From Rhizophagus irregularis (lineage: Eukaryota): a stretch of DNA of 64,000 nucleotides. The position numbers were made by a program, and so were the translations under genes. Positions 23,030 through 39,066 of this stretch are shown here, piece by piece (within the stretch, counting starts at the first letter, position 1; the number at the start of each line of letters is the position of its first letter). The DNA is taken from the NCBI RefSeq assembly GCF_026210795.1, contig NC_089429.1:1984001-2048000 (forward strand), in the 5' to 3' direction. A model generated the notes under the pieces. That model did no database searches. It had not been told where the DNA came from and saw only the letters and a program-made list of their open reading frames with translations.

Positions 23030-24160
23030 AGCTTATTTAATCAATTTGACAGGAATGTTTTTTACTTTCTTCCTTTGGAATAAGGAACAGTAGGCACATT
23101 ATCGTTTTTAAAATCAATTATACTAAGTGTTTCATTTATTTCGAAAATATTTGGTCGTTCATCCAGCTCTTGTTCCCAGCATTCTATTAAGATAAATTAA
23201 AAATTAGGTTGAAATGAGAAAAATAAAATTGCACTAGTTCCAAAGAAAACATTTTTTACACTTTACTTTGATAAAGTCTAATAAATTTAACATTCGTGTT
23301 CAGAACAGGTTCTTCTCTTACACCACTAAGTATTTTATATGTAATATGATCACCTTCAAGGCCATCAAATGGTGATGAGCGGCTAGTTAGCTCCCAGAAT
23401 ATAACTCCTAAACTATATATATCTGATTTCTCGTTTATCTTATGCAGAATTTTTTGATTGAGCATTTTAGGATCCACATAAGGTACTACTCCCCATACTT
23501 GAATATTATAATAACCTGACCCTTTTAGACATGATGAACGACCAAAATCTGCTAGCTTTACCGCATCTTTGTGAACTAAAATATTATTAGGGTGCTAAAA
23601 AAGAAAACGTTAGTACATATTATAGTAACTAATGTATTAGATAATTTATTAAAATACTAAGAATACTTACAAAATCTCCGTGTACGATTTTCTTTGTATC
23701 ATGTAACCAACAAATTGCACTTGCGATTTCTTTTGCAAACCTTAATTGGTTCTTCCATTCAATAGTATTGTTCCTTAGATATTTTCCTAATGTCCCACCA
23801 TCCGCATATTCGAGAATAAGCAAATATTTTTTTTCATCTAAGAAAATTACAACACATTAACAAATACTTAAATATAGGCATACATAATTGCATAATTGTT
23901 ACTCTACCTTTTAATAGCCCTAAATGTTAAACAAACCTAGAAAGAAAATAATCTATAAATAATTTATAAATAAGATAAAAAAATGTTGTCGATGACACAC
24001 CTCTTTGTTATTGACTGATTTTTTAATTGCGTACATTGTTGACGTATTCTTCCAATTTGCGATATAAACAGATGGAGATCCTCCAAAGCCTATAATCTTG
24101 GAATTAATAAGATCACAAGAGTCATAGTGATCAATTATCTTGTCCCTCAATAATCCATTC
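23030..24160 (-). pseudogene. TKL-type protein kinase, multi-exon, probably pseudogene
   Basis: IGFGG, YAIKK, LEYADGGTL, HGDF|HPNN, KLADFG, KSDIYSLG. Frameshift near 23500 between DFG and PYVDP. Confidence 0.75.
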
Positions 24161-26778
24161 AGCCTGTCAGCATAATACTGTAATCAGCATGCATGTAATT
24201 AAAAAAAAAGGGTATACATAAATTTAATTCAGTCTGTTGTGTAGCGTTAAAAAAACCCATTTGGTATAAATAGCTGGATTTAGGGTATGCGGATCATCCT
24301 TATAGACCAGTACTTCTATAATCCTTACTGCGCATTCCAGGCCTTTCATATTTGACAATCAGTTGTTTTTTGTCTGAACATACCCGATTGACACAGAATA
24401 CTATATGCGAGAAATGTGGGTGTTGTACAGACACTGCCGTGTGATCATTTGTTTAGGTTTAGTAACATAAGGGTACATACTGTGAGCTTGTTGATCACTA
24501 CTCTGTTTTCCGGGACCGTCGGTCTCAGAAATTTTAGTCTCATGATTTTCTTCGTAGTCGATTATGACATTTTTGTTTATTTTGAGCCCTGCTCACGAAG
24601 ATATTATTATCCTGTTTTTTCTTAAGAATATCAAACCTGTTTTACAAATGATCTGTTAATCATTGCAGCTATTGATATGGTAGAAATCTTGCCAAAAGAA
24701 TAAGGGCTGTGCAACGTAATATATTTGCATACAATTATTTATTCATTCATTTCAACCTATTTTTCTCGTATGATTAATAAAGCAAACACAATCAATTTAC
24801 CAAATTCAGATATATAATGGAGTGGGTTATGGATTGTGGGAAGTGAAGCGAACATGTATGCTAATCTATTCTCGAGATCATCAATCCAAATAAATGCACA
24901 GTAACGTTTAGTATATATGTCACACATATAATAACAGAAGAAAAAAAAATAGTCAAACTACGAGACCGTGACCCTTTGGTCACACATAGCGTAGCATGGT
25001 AACATGTGGTACAAATTATTTTTTCGGCATTGTGACTGTCCCTTGGAATCTACATGGATAAACATAGTATATAACGAAAAAAAATCTAATTATTAATGGT
25101 TATAGTGACGTAGTCGATCAATAACACGAGACAAAAAAAATCAATCACAAAAATACCTAGGTATAAACTAGTGCGAAATCTATTTATATAATATTGATAC
25201 GCATTAGCTTCTTAACAAGGCGCCTTTGCCAAGAAGCCTCCCATAACTGTCAATACCAAACTGTAAGCGACCGGTATAACAGTTATAGGATTGACTAAAA
25301 TATGGGATTTTCAATCAACGAAATGTATCACTAAAATGTTCAACTAAAAATGTACTACTAAAAATCTATAACTATTGTTCCTGAAATTGTCCGATCCTTA
25401 CAGTAATAACTAGGTGTGGTATACCCTGAGCGTCTTGCTGCTCAACCACGCTCTGTATTCATTTTTTACCATTCAGTCTGAAAATGCCTAAAGGCCCATA
25501 CATTATCAATTATGTGGATGATTAATAGACAAATGTATACAAAAAAAAATCTTTATGATTTTTCGAGGAACGAGGAAAATTATAAAGGGCAAAACATCTA
25601 TGACAGGAAACAACGAAAATTGAGATGAAATCGTCTCAAATGGGACACATTGCACAACTTGATTTCATACTAATGAATTTTCTTTCTTTAATTTCGTTAT
25701 TTTTTTGTCCATAGGCAAATACCTCAGTTTGTTGATATATACGGAAAATTATTATTCCATGATTATCACGCCTATAGATAGTAATACATTGTGAGACAAT
25801 AGTGAAACTATCTTCTACTTTAAAGGTAACAGATTTTTAACGATGAGTATATCGCATTGCCTAAATAGTGGTTTTAGCTAGTTCCACAAGTTTCGAATTA
25901 ATGCGTACAACCTTGTTTAGAAGAACAGTTACCAAAATAGTCATAAACATAATCGCAATTTATCCGTTTATGGAATCTGGTTCAGGTATGATATCGTTTT
26001 CCCTTTTAGGGTTTCTTCGGATGTAAAACCTATGGCACGCCGGACTGGACAGATGTTTAAAGGTGAACTACATATTGTTTAACGTTTAAGGTTAAATGTA
26101 AAGTCAAAATGATTTGCCATTACCGTCAAACCATTTGACTTTAGAGTCATATCCTTTGCCAATACCGTCATATCCTTTGCCAATATCGTCAAATTGTTTG
26201 ACTTTCCAGTTATGTTACACAAAAGTTTTACTAACGAGCAAAGCATTTAACGTTAAAGTTCAATTTGTTTGTCGCCAGGCAAAGAGTTTAATGTTTGGGT
26301 TCATATGAAATTCTATTTAAAGTCTTATCCATTAAAGGTTATGCGTAATTTTTAACCATTTTTAGTAAAATTTTTTGACCATTAAAGGTTATGCGTAATT
26401 TTTAACCATTTTTAGTAAAATTTTTTGAACATAAAAGGCAATTTAAGCAAATTTTATACATATTAAGATAATTTCAAATCACTTAATATGGTATGACCAA
26501 AAATAATTTAAAAATCACCTTTTTTGAAAATTAACAAAAACATCTCAAAAAATTTTTTTTTTCTCGCGAACATGTGGTATACCATTAGTTTAGGCAATAC
26601 GGTTTTTACCATTTTTTTTCTCACATTCCCCTTATCCAATTTTTACCCCTGACTCCTGTACGCATTTTTTATTTTTTCACGTACAAAACTTTTACTTCGC
26701 GTATAAATCTCTTTTCCAAATATCTTTTTTTGTGTATAAATATCTTTTCTCTCATATACCATACATAATATTTTCAAT

Positions 26779-29595
26779 ATGTTTGGAAAGGGAAAGTGCT
26801 TTAAAAAGGATTGTGGCTGCCAGAAATTTTGGCAAAAGCCTGACGCCTCAGATGCTAATATGTGTGGTTGTGATCACCACGAAGCGTTTCACGAACAAGT
26901 AATAAGTTTATTTTCTTTTATTATCTGTTATTGTAATTAAACGGATTAATATAAATTTTATGAATTTTATTTAGAGACCAACAGGAGAAAGTAGTTCATT
27001 TGCTTCTGCTTCTACTGTGGAATCCAATAATGATAGGAACTCTTTAACAAGTTTACGCGTTCCACCTGAAACTCTATTTCTTGCTACAAATCGAATACCT
27101 CAAGAGATTGATTCGATACAGTCAAATAATGTCCGCGCATTTTTACGTTCAGAACAACTCAAAGGAAACTTGTCAGTTGTAGCTACTAATATGTCCAATA
27201 GATTAAATTTTGATTTACAGAAGGAACATAGCAAATACAAAATTAATTCCAAAAGAAGTTATAAAAAAAATAAGACCAAATCAATTTCATTTGATTTCAC
27301 CTTAATTCCAAAAAGAAACATATCCACTATCCCAAAAAGAGGGAATGAACTGTAAGCTTTTTTCTTTTCTTTAATATTTTTTAGTTTAATATAATTTTTC
27401 ATGTAATTATTTATTACAGATGGGACCAGTTGAATTCCCAAAATTTGTTATTAAGGAAAATTTCCTTTAATCAAGACGATCCATATTATATTAACAACCA
27501 AGTTACTTCAGTCTTCCCTTGTTTAAATCAAACTGGCTGGGTATGCTACAAAGCAAAGACTACTAGTGAACTTGAAGAGACTCCATTTGAAGCTAGTGCT
27601 ATTAAAGATCTTGAATATATTAGAAGGTATCATCAATATTTAAATTTTGATATTAATTTATATTATTGATACTGATTTAAATTGATTTTACAGAGCATCT
27701 ACGAGTAAATCCAAAGTATATATAAAACCCATTATTGACAATTTATGTGAATCTTCTGACAGTTCAACTGACAATGAGGAAATTGAATCACCTGATGGCT
27801 CACTTCAGAACCTCATGAAGGATTTCCAACGCAAATTACAAGACCAATATATTAATAGTAATACTACTATTCATATAACTGTAAACGAAAATTACATTGT
27901 TGAATCATTATTTCAATGGGTTAAGGATGCAAGTGATGATGATTTATTGCGTCGTCCATCAATCGTATTGGTTTTAGAAGAGTAAATAATTTAATATTAA
28001 TAATTTGTTTTTTGTTTTTATTTTAAATTTATTTTTCTTTATTACAATTTTAGTGTAACAGATACTGGAGGCGTTTTCCGTCAAATAACATCAACTTTCT
28101 GGAACAAAGTCCTTGAATGTGATTTGTACTTTACAAATGGGATAATCGATAACACAACGGAATCTCATATTCTAGGCAAAATGTTATTTTGGACCATCTT
28201 ACACTGTGGTCTATGGCCACAGTGGCTTCACAAATTGCATATACAATATTTTATTGATGAAAAAATAGACGTGGTGAACGTTCTAAAAACAACTAATCAT
28301 AATGTTTATCGCTTATATCGTCAAATAAAACACAATATTGACGCTAAAAAATCATTAAATGTATATTTAAGCAATAGAGAAATTGATGTAAGTATAATTT
28401 AAATTTAGTATAATTTTTTTAAATAAAAAAAAAATTAAATTATAAATTAATTTTTAATACTTAGGGTGAATTTAGTTCTTTAAGTAAAGAAGAACAAGCT
28501 GCTTTTATAGCAGAATATGAAATTATCACCATAAGAAAAAAAGCTCTTGAGGAATTAAAACTTGGATTCGATAGATTTAACATTATTAATGTCGACATAC
28601 TATAAAATACTCAGATTAATATTTATATTACTTAATTGAAACTTTCATTTTTTAGGAGTTAAAAAACAACTGCAATTATCATAATTTAGTTCGGGAGCTT
28701 TACTACAAATTTACATACGAAATTATAATGAATCAATTTGATTGCAACCATGTGGAACTTCAGGCACTCCATAAACCTGAATATCTTCAACTATTTAACA
28801 AGTTTAAAGAGATGTTAAAGTCCATGAGTGAAACGGAATTAAAAATAGTAATGAAATTTATCACAGGAGCAGAAATAATTCCAGCAATTCCCAAAATTAA
28901 GGTATTGTAAATACTTTCATTAATTTTATCATTAAATTAAAATATATTTAATATTAAATTTCAATTAGATCTCATGGGTTAACCTTAAACCAGAAGAAAC
29001 TTCTCTCTGGGTAAATCGATTACCACGTGCCTCTACATGCGGAAATATGTTAACCTTATGTGAAAATTACGAAATGTCCAGTGAAGGATTTAATGTCTTT
29101 AAAAATGATCTATATGTTGGATTTATGAATTACGAAGCTTTCTCAGAGTCCGTATATTCAAGAACTTACAATATTAATTATTCTTTACAAGATGAAATTA
29201 GGAATGCAATGGAAATCTCACCAAGTTCACCAAGTTCTTCTACAGTTGTGACCCCAATTCGATTATCAACAGCTCAATTTAATTCAACATCTACGGTTAG
29301 ATCTTCTGGTAATTCACTTGATAATGCTATTTTTATTGATGATGCAAACAACAATTCTTTAGAATTAAATGCAGATTCTCATCAGGTAACATTTTAACTA
29401 AATTATTATAAAAAAATTATTTAAATAAGATTTAATAATGAATTCTTAAACATAGAACTCTTAAACTTTTAGACCGCTAGTTTGAATACAGAAAGTCAAA
29501 GAGAATACCGATGGGTAAATGTTAACCCTTTAGAACGAAGAACAAGGAGGAGGAACAATGATTCCGAAGTTGAGGGCGAAACAACAAATAATTAG
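26779..29595 (+). CDS. Multi-exon HECT-domain E3 ubiquitin ligase-like protein
   Basis: N-terminal Cys/His cluster (CFKKDCGC..CGCDHHEAFH), DTGGVFRQ, GKMLFW, MKFITGA, LPRASTCGNML with the catalytic Cys; GT-AG introns. Exon structure inferred by eye. Confidence 0.8.
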
Positions 29596-32500
29596 GGCTA
29601 TCTCTATTAAAGTTTAAATATATTTTATCAAAGTTGTAGCAATCAAATTTTGAATATATTGATGATAAATGAAATTTATTTTGTACGTAATGAAAATATT
29701 CAAGTATCTTTCATTATTAATCTTTTCTCTCCCCTTGGTCAAACGATGAAGAATCGGTATATTAAGAACCGGTTAAGAATTAGTTTCTGAGTGAAATTCA
29801 CAATAATTAGTTATTGCTCAGTAAAATCATCGATGGTCCATATGGTTAGAAAATGATCTACATTCTAATAGAACATGCATAATGATCGAACAATGGGCTG
29901 TGCGACACAAATTCCTCCTAAATCTGCATAGTTCATAAGTTTGAAGTAAAGTAAAAAGCTTTTACACATTAACTGTTAACACCAGAAATCTAGAATTAAA
30001 TAAATGGTTCGTTGGTTTTTCTTTTTTATTTTTTATAGATTCTTACTTCTCCGAAGGGGACTTTTGCGCCATTACCTATATGAAATGTCTTTTGGACGCG
30101 GGTAGATCTTTTTTTCAGTGGGAATTTCGGGAATTGACTTCAAGAAACGCATTAATATTCCTTTTATTTTATTTTTTGTAGGTTCCATATTCATTGGACG
30201 CGGGTAGGTTATTTTTTAATGGAATTTCCGGAATTGACAAAAGAAATGTGTCGACGTTTAACATTTATTTTAGATATGGGTATATTATTTTTTTTTTAGG
30301 TTTTAGAACGAACTTTAAAATACACATTAACGGATCTTTTCTTTAATTTTTGTAGGTTTTAGGCTTCGATTCTTTGGAGATAAGTGTGTAAGCATTGATG
30401 CTTCAAACCTTTTGCTTTTCTTGCTTCTTTTAGGAAACATTTTACTCATATTTCCTTTTTTCTTTCTGGACTTCATTTCTTGGTTAATGGGTTTTACTGC
30501 AAAGCAGGACAATCAAACGAATAACTGGTGACCTGATACCAACCAAGGACAGAAATAAAAAAAAATAACTAAAAAGGTTTTAGTGTTAAGTTTCAAATAT
30601 TTTTTCTTTTCTTCTTTTAGGAAGCATATTATAAACATTTTCTTTTTTATCTTTGTAGGATCCGGGCAAAATTCCTGGGCGGTGCTATAACAAGAAGTAC
30701 TGTAAGTCGGTTTTGATACTTTGAAACTTTACTATTCTTTTCTTAAGAATTATCCATTAGGGATGACTTTGAGTACGAGTACCAATTATTTAAGGTATGG
30801 TAGTATAAGGGTTAGAATTTTAGGAAATTAACTTTTAGCTAATGTTCCTTTCAATTTATTTAGAAACAACCAAATTCTCTAGGGTATATTGATGTGGAAA
30901 CTTTGACATATACTTATATTTGTTGTTAATGGTTTGGAACATTGTTCCAGTTGGTTCGATTCCAACAAACAACTATACAAAATTCTAATATTTCATAATA
31001 ATAATAAAGTACAATGCATATAGTAAGTATAAAATCAAGATATCATTGTGATATTTTTCGTTAAAAAAAAATTTCCTGTGTAGGATCATTATACAGCTCC
31101 TCCTATCTATCTTACCAAATACTCCGATATCAATATTTTTTATTTTTGCCAAGTTGAAATTTTTCTGTCGTTGTGTTCTCTCTATCTCTTACAGGAATTT
31201 TTCACATACATTCTATTTTCCTCCTTTCACTTTCTGTCACACCCAACACGTTTCCTACCACCAACACGCTCTTTTTTGCTATTTTTTGCTATTGCTTACA
31301 CTACAGTTGTTCGCCCTAAGGTTCTTAATTATCATCACATTATTTTTTCTAAATCTGATTTAAAAGCTGCTATTGAATCCAAAAAAAAAAGAAGCTGAAA
31401 CTAAAAAAGAAATATGAAAGTTAATAATAAATAATGATACGAAAAGAAATAAGAAAATAAATACACACCCGGTCATCAAAAAAGTATGATGATTATCAGG
31501 TAAAACCAATTATTTAAATAAAGAGGGGGACGAAAGAGAGGGAAAAAAAGAAAGGAAGAACGGAAAAGAGCAATTACAAAAGAGAGCGAAGTAAAAAAGT
31601 TTTTATCTTCTTTCTAATCTTCAATTTTTCACGTTAGATCTTGCATTTGATAATGTTTCCTAAATGATCAACTTCCATCAAGTATGATGCTCCTAACGAC
31701 AAAGATCAATGCACACCTGAGCTTGATTCTTGATTTCAACAGACTCCTCCAACCTGAATTTTGGATGTGCTTAATTTTCTCCTACCAGTCAAACATTTAA
31801 AATCTCTTTATTACATTTACGTTCTACAACTAATAGATAATTGTGATGCTCCTAGCGACAAAGATCAATGTCCACCTGATCTTGATTTCAAAAACTTTCC
31901 CCAACCACGAATTTAATTTCTCCTCCCGGTCAAACATTTAAAATTTGTCCTCTTTATCACATTTATGTTCATCTAGCATTCACAACGTCAATTAATTTTA
32001 CGTAAATATATGCTTTCACCCCTTTAATTTCTGAAACAAGCATATTTAGATTTCTCCATGGCCATATACCGGTGATATTTGACCTCCTATTTTCTTTACT
32101 CTATTTCTTCCTGTTCCTCTCACTATTCCTCCTGTTTTTCTGGATTGGGTTCATGAATATAATTATAGTCTCAAATTCATACATTTCCCCTTTCCTTCTG
32201 ACAATTATTAACTGTTTTCTTCTTTCCAGAGATACGACTGGTATATATATATAGCATCTTCTACGACACCTATTCACCTTTTTATTATTCATCCCGTTTT
32301 TCCAGTTCTATGTTCTTTACTTTTCTTGCTATATTTATTTCTTAGCTTTCCTGGTTGCTTTTAATGCAATAACTAGGTGAGAAAAAAGTCGAATGTAATT
32401 TAATAATTGCATCCAATCACGTGTTTCTGACAATGAAAATTGGATTATCAAAATGGTGACTATTTTTTAAATCAGGATTGACATTTTTTTAAACGCATAT

Positions 32501-32603
32501 ATTTTAGACGCGTTCTTTATTTAGTTTAGTAAAAAATTATATGGGTTAATTGGCTTTTTTTTTTATTAAGATCTTTAATTTTCCATAAACCCATAAATAC
32601 AGT

Positions 32604-34064
32604 ATGGCATTAAATTTTCCTACTGTTGAGGAACAACAATTTGAAGACTTTTCTACTACAATAATACAAAATTCAATAAGCTTTCTTGGTAGCGGTGATA
32701 TTAATGCGTTGGAATTGTGTGTGGAAAGATTGAATCTCTTGTCAGCAATGTACTCATATTTATTAAACGTAAGAGAACAACCATACTATATCACTCAAAT
32801 AAATACAATTTTACTGCTTAAAGACCAGTTGGAAACTCGGATTGAAAATTTGCAAGACGAAAGTTCAAACATTAATAGCAGGTTGGTTTCTTTTAAACCA
32901 ACAGGCGGAAGATATAAAGTAATCATTTTGGAATGTGCATTACGCTTATTAAGACAGGAAGGTTTTGAATGGACCCAGATTGCTGAAATTTTTGGGGTTT
33001 CAACAAAAACTATATATCGACGCCGAAAAGAATATAACATACCAGATGACTTAGCATCTTATACAGAAATAACCAACGAACAACTTGATGATCTTATTAG
33101 AGATTTGAGGGCTGAGCATCCCTTCTTTGGACAAGTTCTTTTAATGGGATCATTATGCTCATTAGGAATAAGAATTCCGCGTCAACGGTTGCGTGAATCA
33201 CTGCAACGAATTGATACTTTTGGTGTTCTCAACCGTTGGTCCAGCATTATCCCGAGGAGAGTATATAGCGTAGCTGGCCCCAATTGCCTCTGGCATATTG
33301 ATGGCAATCACAAACTGATACGATGGAAGTTTGTGATCCATGGTGGGATAGATGGGTATTCACGATTAATTACTTATCTAAGATGCTCAGGAAACAATAA
33401 GGCTGAAACTGTATTACACGCTTTTACAGAAGCATGCAATACTTATGGAACTCCTAGTCGTGTTCGAGCAGATAGAGGAGGAGAAAACATTCGAGTTCAA
33501 CGTTATATGGAGTCATTTAGAGGAAATGGCCGAGGTAGTTTTATAGCTGGTTCATCCGTACATAACCAACGCATCGAAAGGCTGTGGGTTGATCTTAAGC
33601 GCATATTAAAGATTTACATTATTGCTTTTAATTATTTAGAGGAAAATTGCGGTTTAGATATTGACAATACTGTATATATGTTCTGTTTACATTATGTATA
33701 TATGCCAAGAATTAATAATACTTTAAAATTATTCGCAGATGCATGGAATTTGCATTCAATCCGGACAGAACATAATTTGAATCCGACACAACTTTTTACT
33801 CGAGGAATGTTACAATATGGAATAAGAGGGATTGAAAATAATTTAGTAAGTAATTTAGAAGAATACGGCATAGACTGGGATGGTCCTATACCAACTATTG
33901 AATCTGACACAGTTACGGTTAACGAACCAACAAATATTTTAAATGCCAATCAATCTTTAAATTTAGCTTCTAGAATTGACCCTTTACAAACAGATGAATG
34001 TTATGGAATTAATGTTTATTTGGAATGCGTACGTACCGTTGCTGATATATTACAAAATTCTTAA
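32604..34064 (+). CDS. DDE transposase/integrase (HTH + rve core; IS3EU-type)
   Basis: [54 protein letters not shown]. Intact 486 aa. Confidence 0.92.
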   Translation: MALNFPTVEEQQFEDFSTTIIQNSISFLGSGDINALELCVERLNLLSAMYSYLLNVREQPYYITQINTILLLKDQLETRIENLQDESSNINSRLVSFKPTGGRYKVIILECALRLLRQEGFEWTQIAEIFGVSTKTIYRRRKEYNIPDDLASYTEITNEQLDDLIRDLRAEHPFFGQVLLMGSLCSLGIRIPRQRLRESLQRIDTFGVLNRWSSIIPRRVYSVAGPNCLWHIDGNHKLIRWKFVIHGGIDGYSRLITYLRCSGNNKAETVLHAFTEACNTYGTPSRVRADRGGENIRVQRYMESFRGNGRGSFIAGSSVHNQRIERLWVDLKRILKIYIIAFNYLEENCGLDIDNTVYMFCLHYVYMPRINNTLKLFADAWNLHSIRTEHNLNPTQLFTRGMLQYGIRGIENNLVSNLEEYGIDWDGPIPTIESDTVTVNEPTNILNANQSLNLASRIDPLQTDECYGINVYLECVRTVADILQNS

Positions 34065-35409
34065 TTACAGTAGAAAAAAATAAATCTTATGATTAACATT
34101 TAAAACTGTATAAATGATTTATTATATTGTTTTAAAGTTCACTATGTATTATCGTGTACTGTTTTTTGTTTGTATAAATTGGCCTGCAAACTTTTTAATT
34201 AAATTACTGCATCTACAATGCAATTTTGACATAATGATTATGCAATTCATTCTAACCATAAATATTCTAACTGGCAATTTAATTTTTGTGAAAAATCAGT
34301 AATGACAATTTATATTGATTCTAGATAAAATCACATATTACTAATTTTAAAATTTTCTTATTCTACATATTTTATTTTAAAGATCTATCAATTAAGTTTT
34401 AATAGAATTTATATTCTAATAAAAGGAATCAATAATAACAAGTAATTTATTTGGATTAACTTAAAATATTTACTAAAATTTATAATCTAATACTATTAGA
34501 TTAGATTACAATTTTAATTAATTTAATTAATCCATTAACACAAATTATTCTTTATTATTTTTTATTTATTTTTTTTAAAAGTACTATATTATTCTTTATT
34601 ATTTTTTTTTATTTTTTTTTAAAAAGTGCTATAATACAAATTTTTATATATTGCAATTAATAAGATCAGAATTTTCTTAAAAATAATTAAAGTAAACTAG
34701 CATCTTTAATAATACTATATATTATTATAAAAGCTATATTAGTATAATTAATTAAAATTAAAATAAAGGATAAGATTTTGAATATAAGATGAAGAAATAA
34801 AGAATATAAATAGGTGTTATTATATAATAAGAAATATTACTACTCTAACTAAAAAGAAATTATTAATTTTAAAAATTTTTATTTATTTTATTTATTACAT
34901 ATGCATTACTTTTAAATAAAATTGTGTAATACTAACTAAAATTAAAATATATAAGAAAAATTTTAGTCTTAATCTCCCATTATATTATATAAGACAATTT
35001 GTGCTTGTATGTATTTAAAATCATGATGGCGTTAAATAAATAATTTGTAAATATATATATACTTAATAAAATACAATAAAATTTAGTAGAAAAATCTTAT
35101 ATAAATATTATAAATTTTTAAATAAATTATTAAAAATATAATAAAATTTATAGGTTTTTTTATTTATAATAAATAATATTAATAATATATAAATAAATTA
35201 AAAAAAACATCAATTTATATTAAAAAAGTAAATAAAATAAATATACAATTCAAAAATATTTTTTATTTTATAATTCTTAAATAAATACATAATATTTAAT
35301 TATTTTATTAAATAAAATAGAATTATTTATAATTTATTTTATTAAAAATAAAAATAAAATAAAAATTAAAAAATTATCTTAATATATATAAATTTTATTT
35401 AGTTATATA

Positions 35410-35633
35410 TAGTGCTTCGATCCGGATGAAAACTTGAATATTTTCATGTGACGATTATGGCTGAGAAAGATTATGAATTTCAGATTTAAACAGACTATAA
35501 TTTAAACCAACATTAAAGTATTATTATCCCAAAAATTTATACTAATTCTGGCCAAACTCATAGTGCCAGCGAAATTTAATGAAATTCAATCCGGATGAAA
35601 ATCCGGATAAAACCGCTACGGATCGAAGCACTA
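35410..35633. mobile_element. hAT-type MITE
   Basis: 15-bp TIR TAGTGCTTCGATCCG / CGGATCGAAGCACTA; 8-bp TSD GTTATATA on both sides. Confidence 0.9.
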
Positions 35634-35699
35634 GTTATATAATAAAAATATATATAATAATTTGTAATAATAAATTCTATTAAATATAAAAAATAATAA

Positions 35700-37010
35700 T
35701 TAATCATCCTCCATATCAGTAGATATTGTATAACTACTTTATTATTTTCTTAATCATTTTGATTTAATTGGTAATACATTTAATAATAAAGAAATATTAA
35801 TAATTAAAATATTTCTTAATATTTCTTATATGTAATAATACATTTATAAATTCTAATAAATGCATCTTATCACTAGTTGGCTGTACTGGAATTTAGTAGA
35901 ATATAAATGATAAAGACGATTAACTTTAGATGTATTTCTAATAATAATATTAAAATGCATTTTATTTCCAGCATTTTGAATTCCAAGAATTCCAAATTTA
36001 TCTTTATCAAGTCTATTCCTTTTATATATATAATTTATTTCATTATTCATCTCTCTCCATAATTTTATCTTATCTTTTTCTTCTTTATCATTATTACAAA
36101 TTAAACAGGAACATTCTACAAATATAAGTTCAACTAATTTATCTTTTTTTTCTATAAACATAATATCAGGTCATTTTTCCTGTTTTTTATAATTTTTTCT
36201 TCTAGTTGCACTAGCTTTACTTTGTTTTTCAGCACTAAATAAATAATATTAATTAGATTATTTTAATATTTATATTATAATAAAATTTAATTAAACTTAC
36301 GTGCTAAGTAAATTAACATTTCCAATTATAAGATCCTTTAATGTAGTACGTAAAAGTGGAACAATAACATCAGTTACATATGTTCCTTTACTTTGTATAT
36401 TAGCAAATTCAGATTTAAATGCTGGATTTTTCCATATATTACTCCTTTTAAAATGTAAATTAATTATATAATTATAAATTTATAATAAATAATATTTTTA
36501 AATATTAAAAATTACTTACAAAGTATTAAGAATTTCTTTTGTAATTTCACACAATTTTTCATTTGATTCTATCCAAGTATTATTATATTTATATTTATTA
36601 TATAATAAATTTAAATTTTCTTTTTTAAAATCATTTAAAAATTGATTGCATTCTTCTTGAATAATATTTATTAAACTATTTATTTTTATTTGTTTTGCTA
36701 ATTTTATAAAAGATTGGTATGCTTCTACTGATAAATTTTTTATTATATCTGAATCATCACTAATTACTTAGCTAGCAATTGAATCCTTCCAGGTTAATTT
36801 ATCAATATCTATATATTCTAAATCTAATTGTATTTCTGAAGCATATGAAGAATTATTTGTCCAAAAAAAATTATATAAATTTATATTAAAAAATTAAATA
36901 ATATTAATTGTTAAAAAAAACAAATACCTTAAGTTTCTTTTTTAAATCATTTATATTATATTTGATTTCTTTGTTATTAAGAACTTTATTATCTATTTCA
37001 ATATCACAAA
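35700..37010 (-). pseudogene. Decayed multi-exon gene (PD-x-F..E-type, possibly restriction-endonuclease fold)
   Basis: Residual *PDIMF..ELIFVECS..KLWRE..GIQ frame, in-frame stops, GT-AG introns, extreme AT drift. Confidence 0.5.
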
Positions 37011-37809
37011 TACTATAAATACCTTCAAAAGCAATTTGAAATCAGCGCAAAAAATTGTATTTTAGTAAATAAAATATTAATATATATATGTTTTTAATAT
37101 CATGAGCTCATATAGTCATGTTATCAGAATATTATAACAAAGTTATCATTTCTGTATGGCCTATACATAGTGAAACAACTTTGTTTTTTACATATAAATT
37201 TTTAAAACTTATAAAATTAAAGTCTTAGTACTTTCCATACGTCCTCAGAGTTGAATATTCGATACTATGTAGCCTATAAAACAAGTACATATTATATCGT
37301 TATACTTTATTGTGTAAAGTTGAATTCAACACTAGTATGTTTATTAGATTCACCCAATAGACTAAAATATTATAAGTCTAAAAATTTATCAAAAAATGCA
37401 CCATTCATCATTTAATAAATTGATTTTTAATAATATTTTAAACATACCTATTCAAAATATTATTTATTTTATCTTAAGCTTCCATTTTTTAAAATTTTTC
37501 AGTTTTTAATGCTTCATTACTAGCTTTTTCTACTGTTTATTTAATTTTTCTTTTTCTATTAAAGGTTTATCTTTCATTATCTAATAAATAACAGAAAAAA
37601 AAGTAATATGATTTAATGGTGAAGTAATAAGAAAATTATAAATTTTGTTATATAATAATTCGGACATATTTGTTAATTAATAAATTAATCAAAAAATAAA
37701 ATAAAAAATATTACGCTGTCCTTTAAATAGCTTTAAATAGTTTTTTTAATATTATATAATAAATTATATTTATAAATTACAATTACATATATTAGTAAAA
37801 TAAAAATTT

Positions 37810-38860
37810 TTTATATCTGTATCATTATATTTTATTTACCTTATATCAATTTCTTAGTATCGTTGATATAATTTCTATAAATTAAAAATTATTAATATTA
37901 TATTATTATTTACAGTAGTTTTAATAAATAAAATATTAAATTGGTAATTTTTTTTATATGCATTATTACATATTCATATACATTTATACTTATCTTTAAA
38001 ATTTTTTTTATCTGCATCATTATTTTGTGATTATATAATAATAAAAAATTATATAAGTTCGTTGAATTAATTTCTTAATATCGTTGATGTAATTTCTATA
38101 AATTAAAAATTATTGATTATTTACAGTAGTTTTAATAAATAAAATATTAAATTAGTAAATTTTTTATCTGCATTATTACATATTCATATATATTTATACT
38201 TATCTTTAAATTTTTATCTGCATCTTATCTGCATTATTTAGTTACATATTTATATATATTTATACTTATCTTTAAATTTTTTTATCTGTATAATTATTTT
38301 GTGATTTGTAATTATATAAATTTGTTGAATCAATTTCTTAGTATTGTTGATGTAATTTCTATAAATTAAAAATTATATATTTATATACATTTATACTTAT
38401 TTTCAAATTTTTTTATCTTTATCATTACATATTTACATACATTTATACTTATCTTTAAATTTTTTTTTATCTGCATCATTATTTTGTGATTTTGTGACAA
38501 TAAAAAATTATATAAATTCATTGAATTAATTTCTTAGTATCGTTAATGTAATTTCTATAAATTAAAAATTATTGATGTTATATTATTATTTACAATAGTT
38601 TTGATAATAAAATATTAAATTAAAAAATTTTTTTATCTGTATTATAACTATTATTATTCCATATTTATATACATTTGTATTTATCTTTAAATTTTTTTTA
38701 TTTGCATCATTATATTTTATTTACCTTTGAATTTTTGTGATTTTTGTAATTTTTGTAATAATAAAACTTTAATGAATTAATTTCTTAATTTCGTTGATGT
38801 AATTTCTATAAATTAAAAATTATAAAGTTATATTATTATTTACAGTAAATTTTGATAAAT
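37810..38860. repeat. Degenerate AT-rich tandem repeats
   Basis: Recurrent AATTTCTTAGTATCGTTGATGTAATTTCTATAAATTAAAAATT about five times. Confidence 0.65.
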
Positions 38861-38958
38861 AAATAAAATAAATATTAAATCAAAAGGTTTTACATTTATA
38901 TTATTATATTTATATTTATTTATATGGAAATAATAATTTTATGCAGGTGTGTTGCAAT

Positions 38959-39066
38959 GCACCCCCCCTTTTTGGAATTATTAAATAGTAAATTTGCTGA
39001 TCATAACATGATCATAAATGATCAACAAATTTACTATTTAAAAATTTCTAAAAAAAGAAGGGTGCG
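38959..39066. repeat. Short foldback inverted repeat (MITE-like)
   Basis: GCACCC..TAAATAGTAAATTTG(C)TGATCAT mirrored by ATGATCAACAAATTTACTATTTA..GGGTGC. Confidence 0.55.
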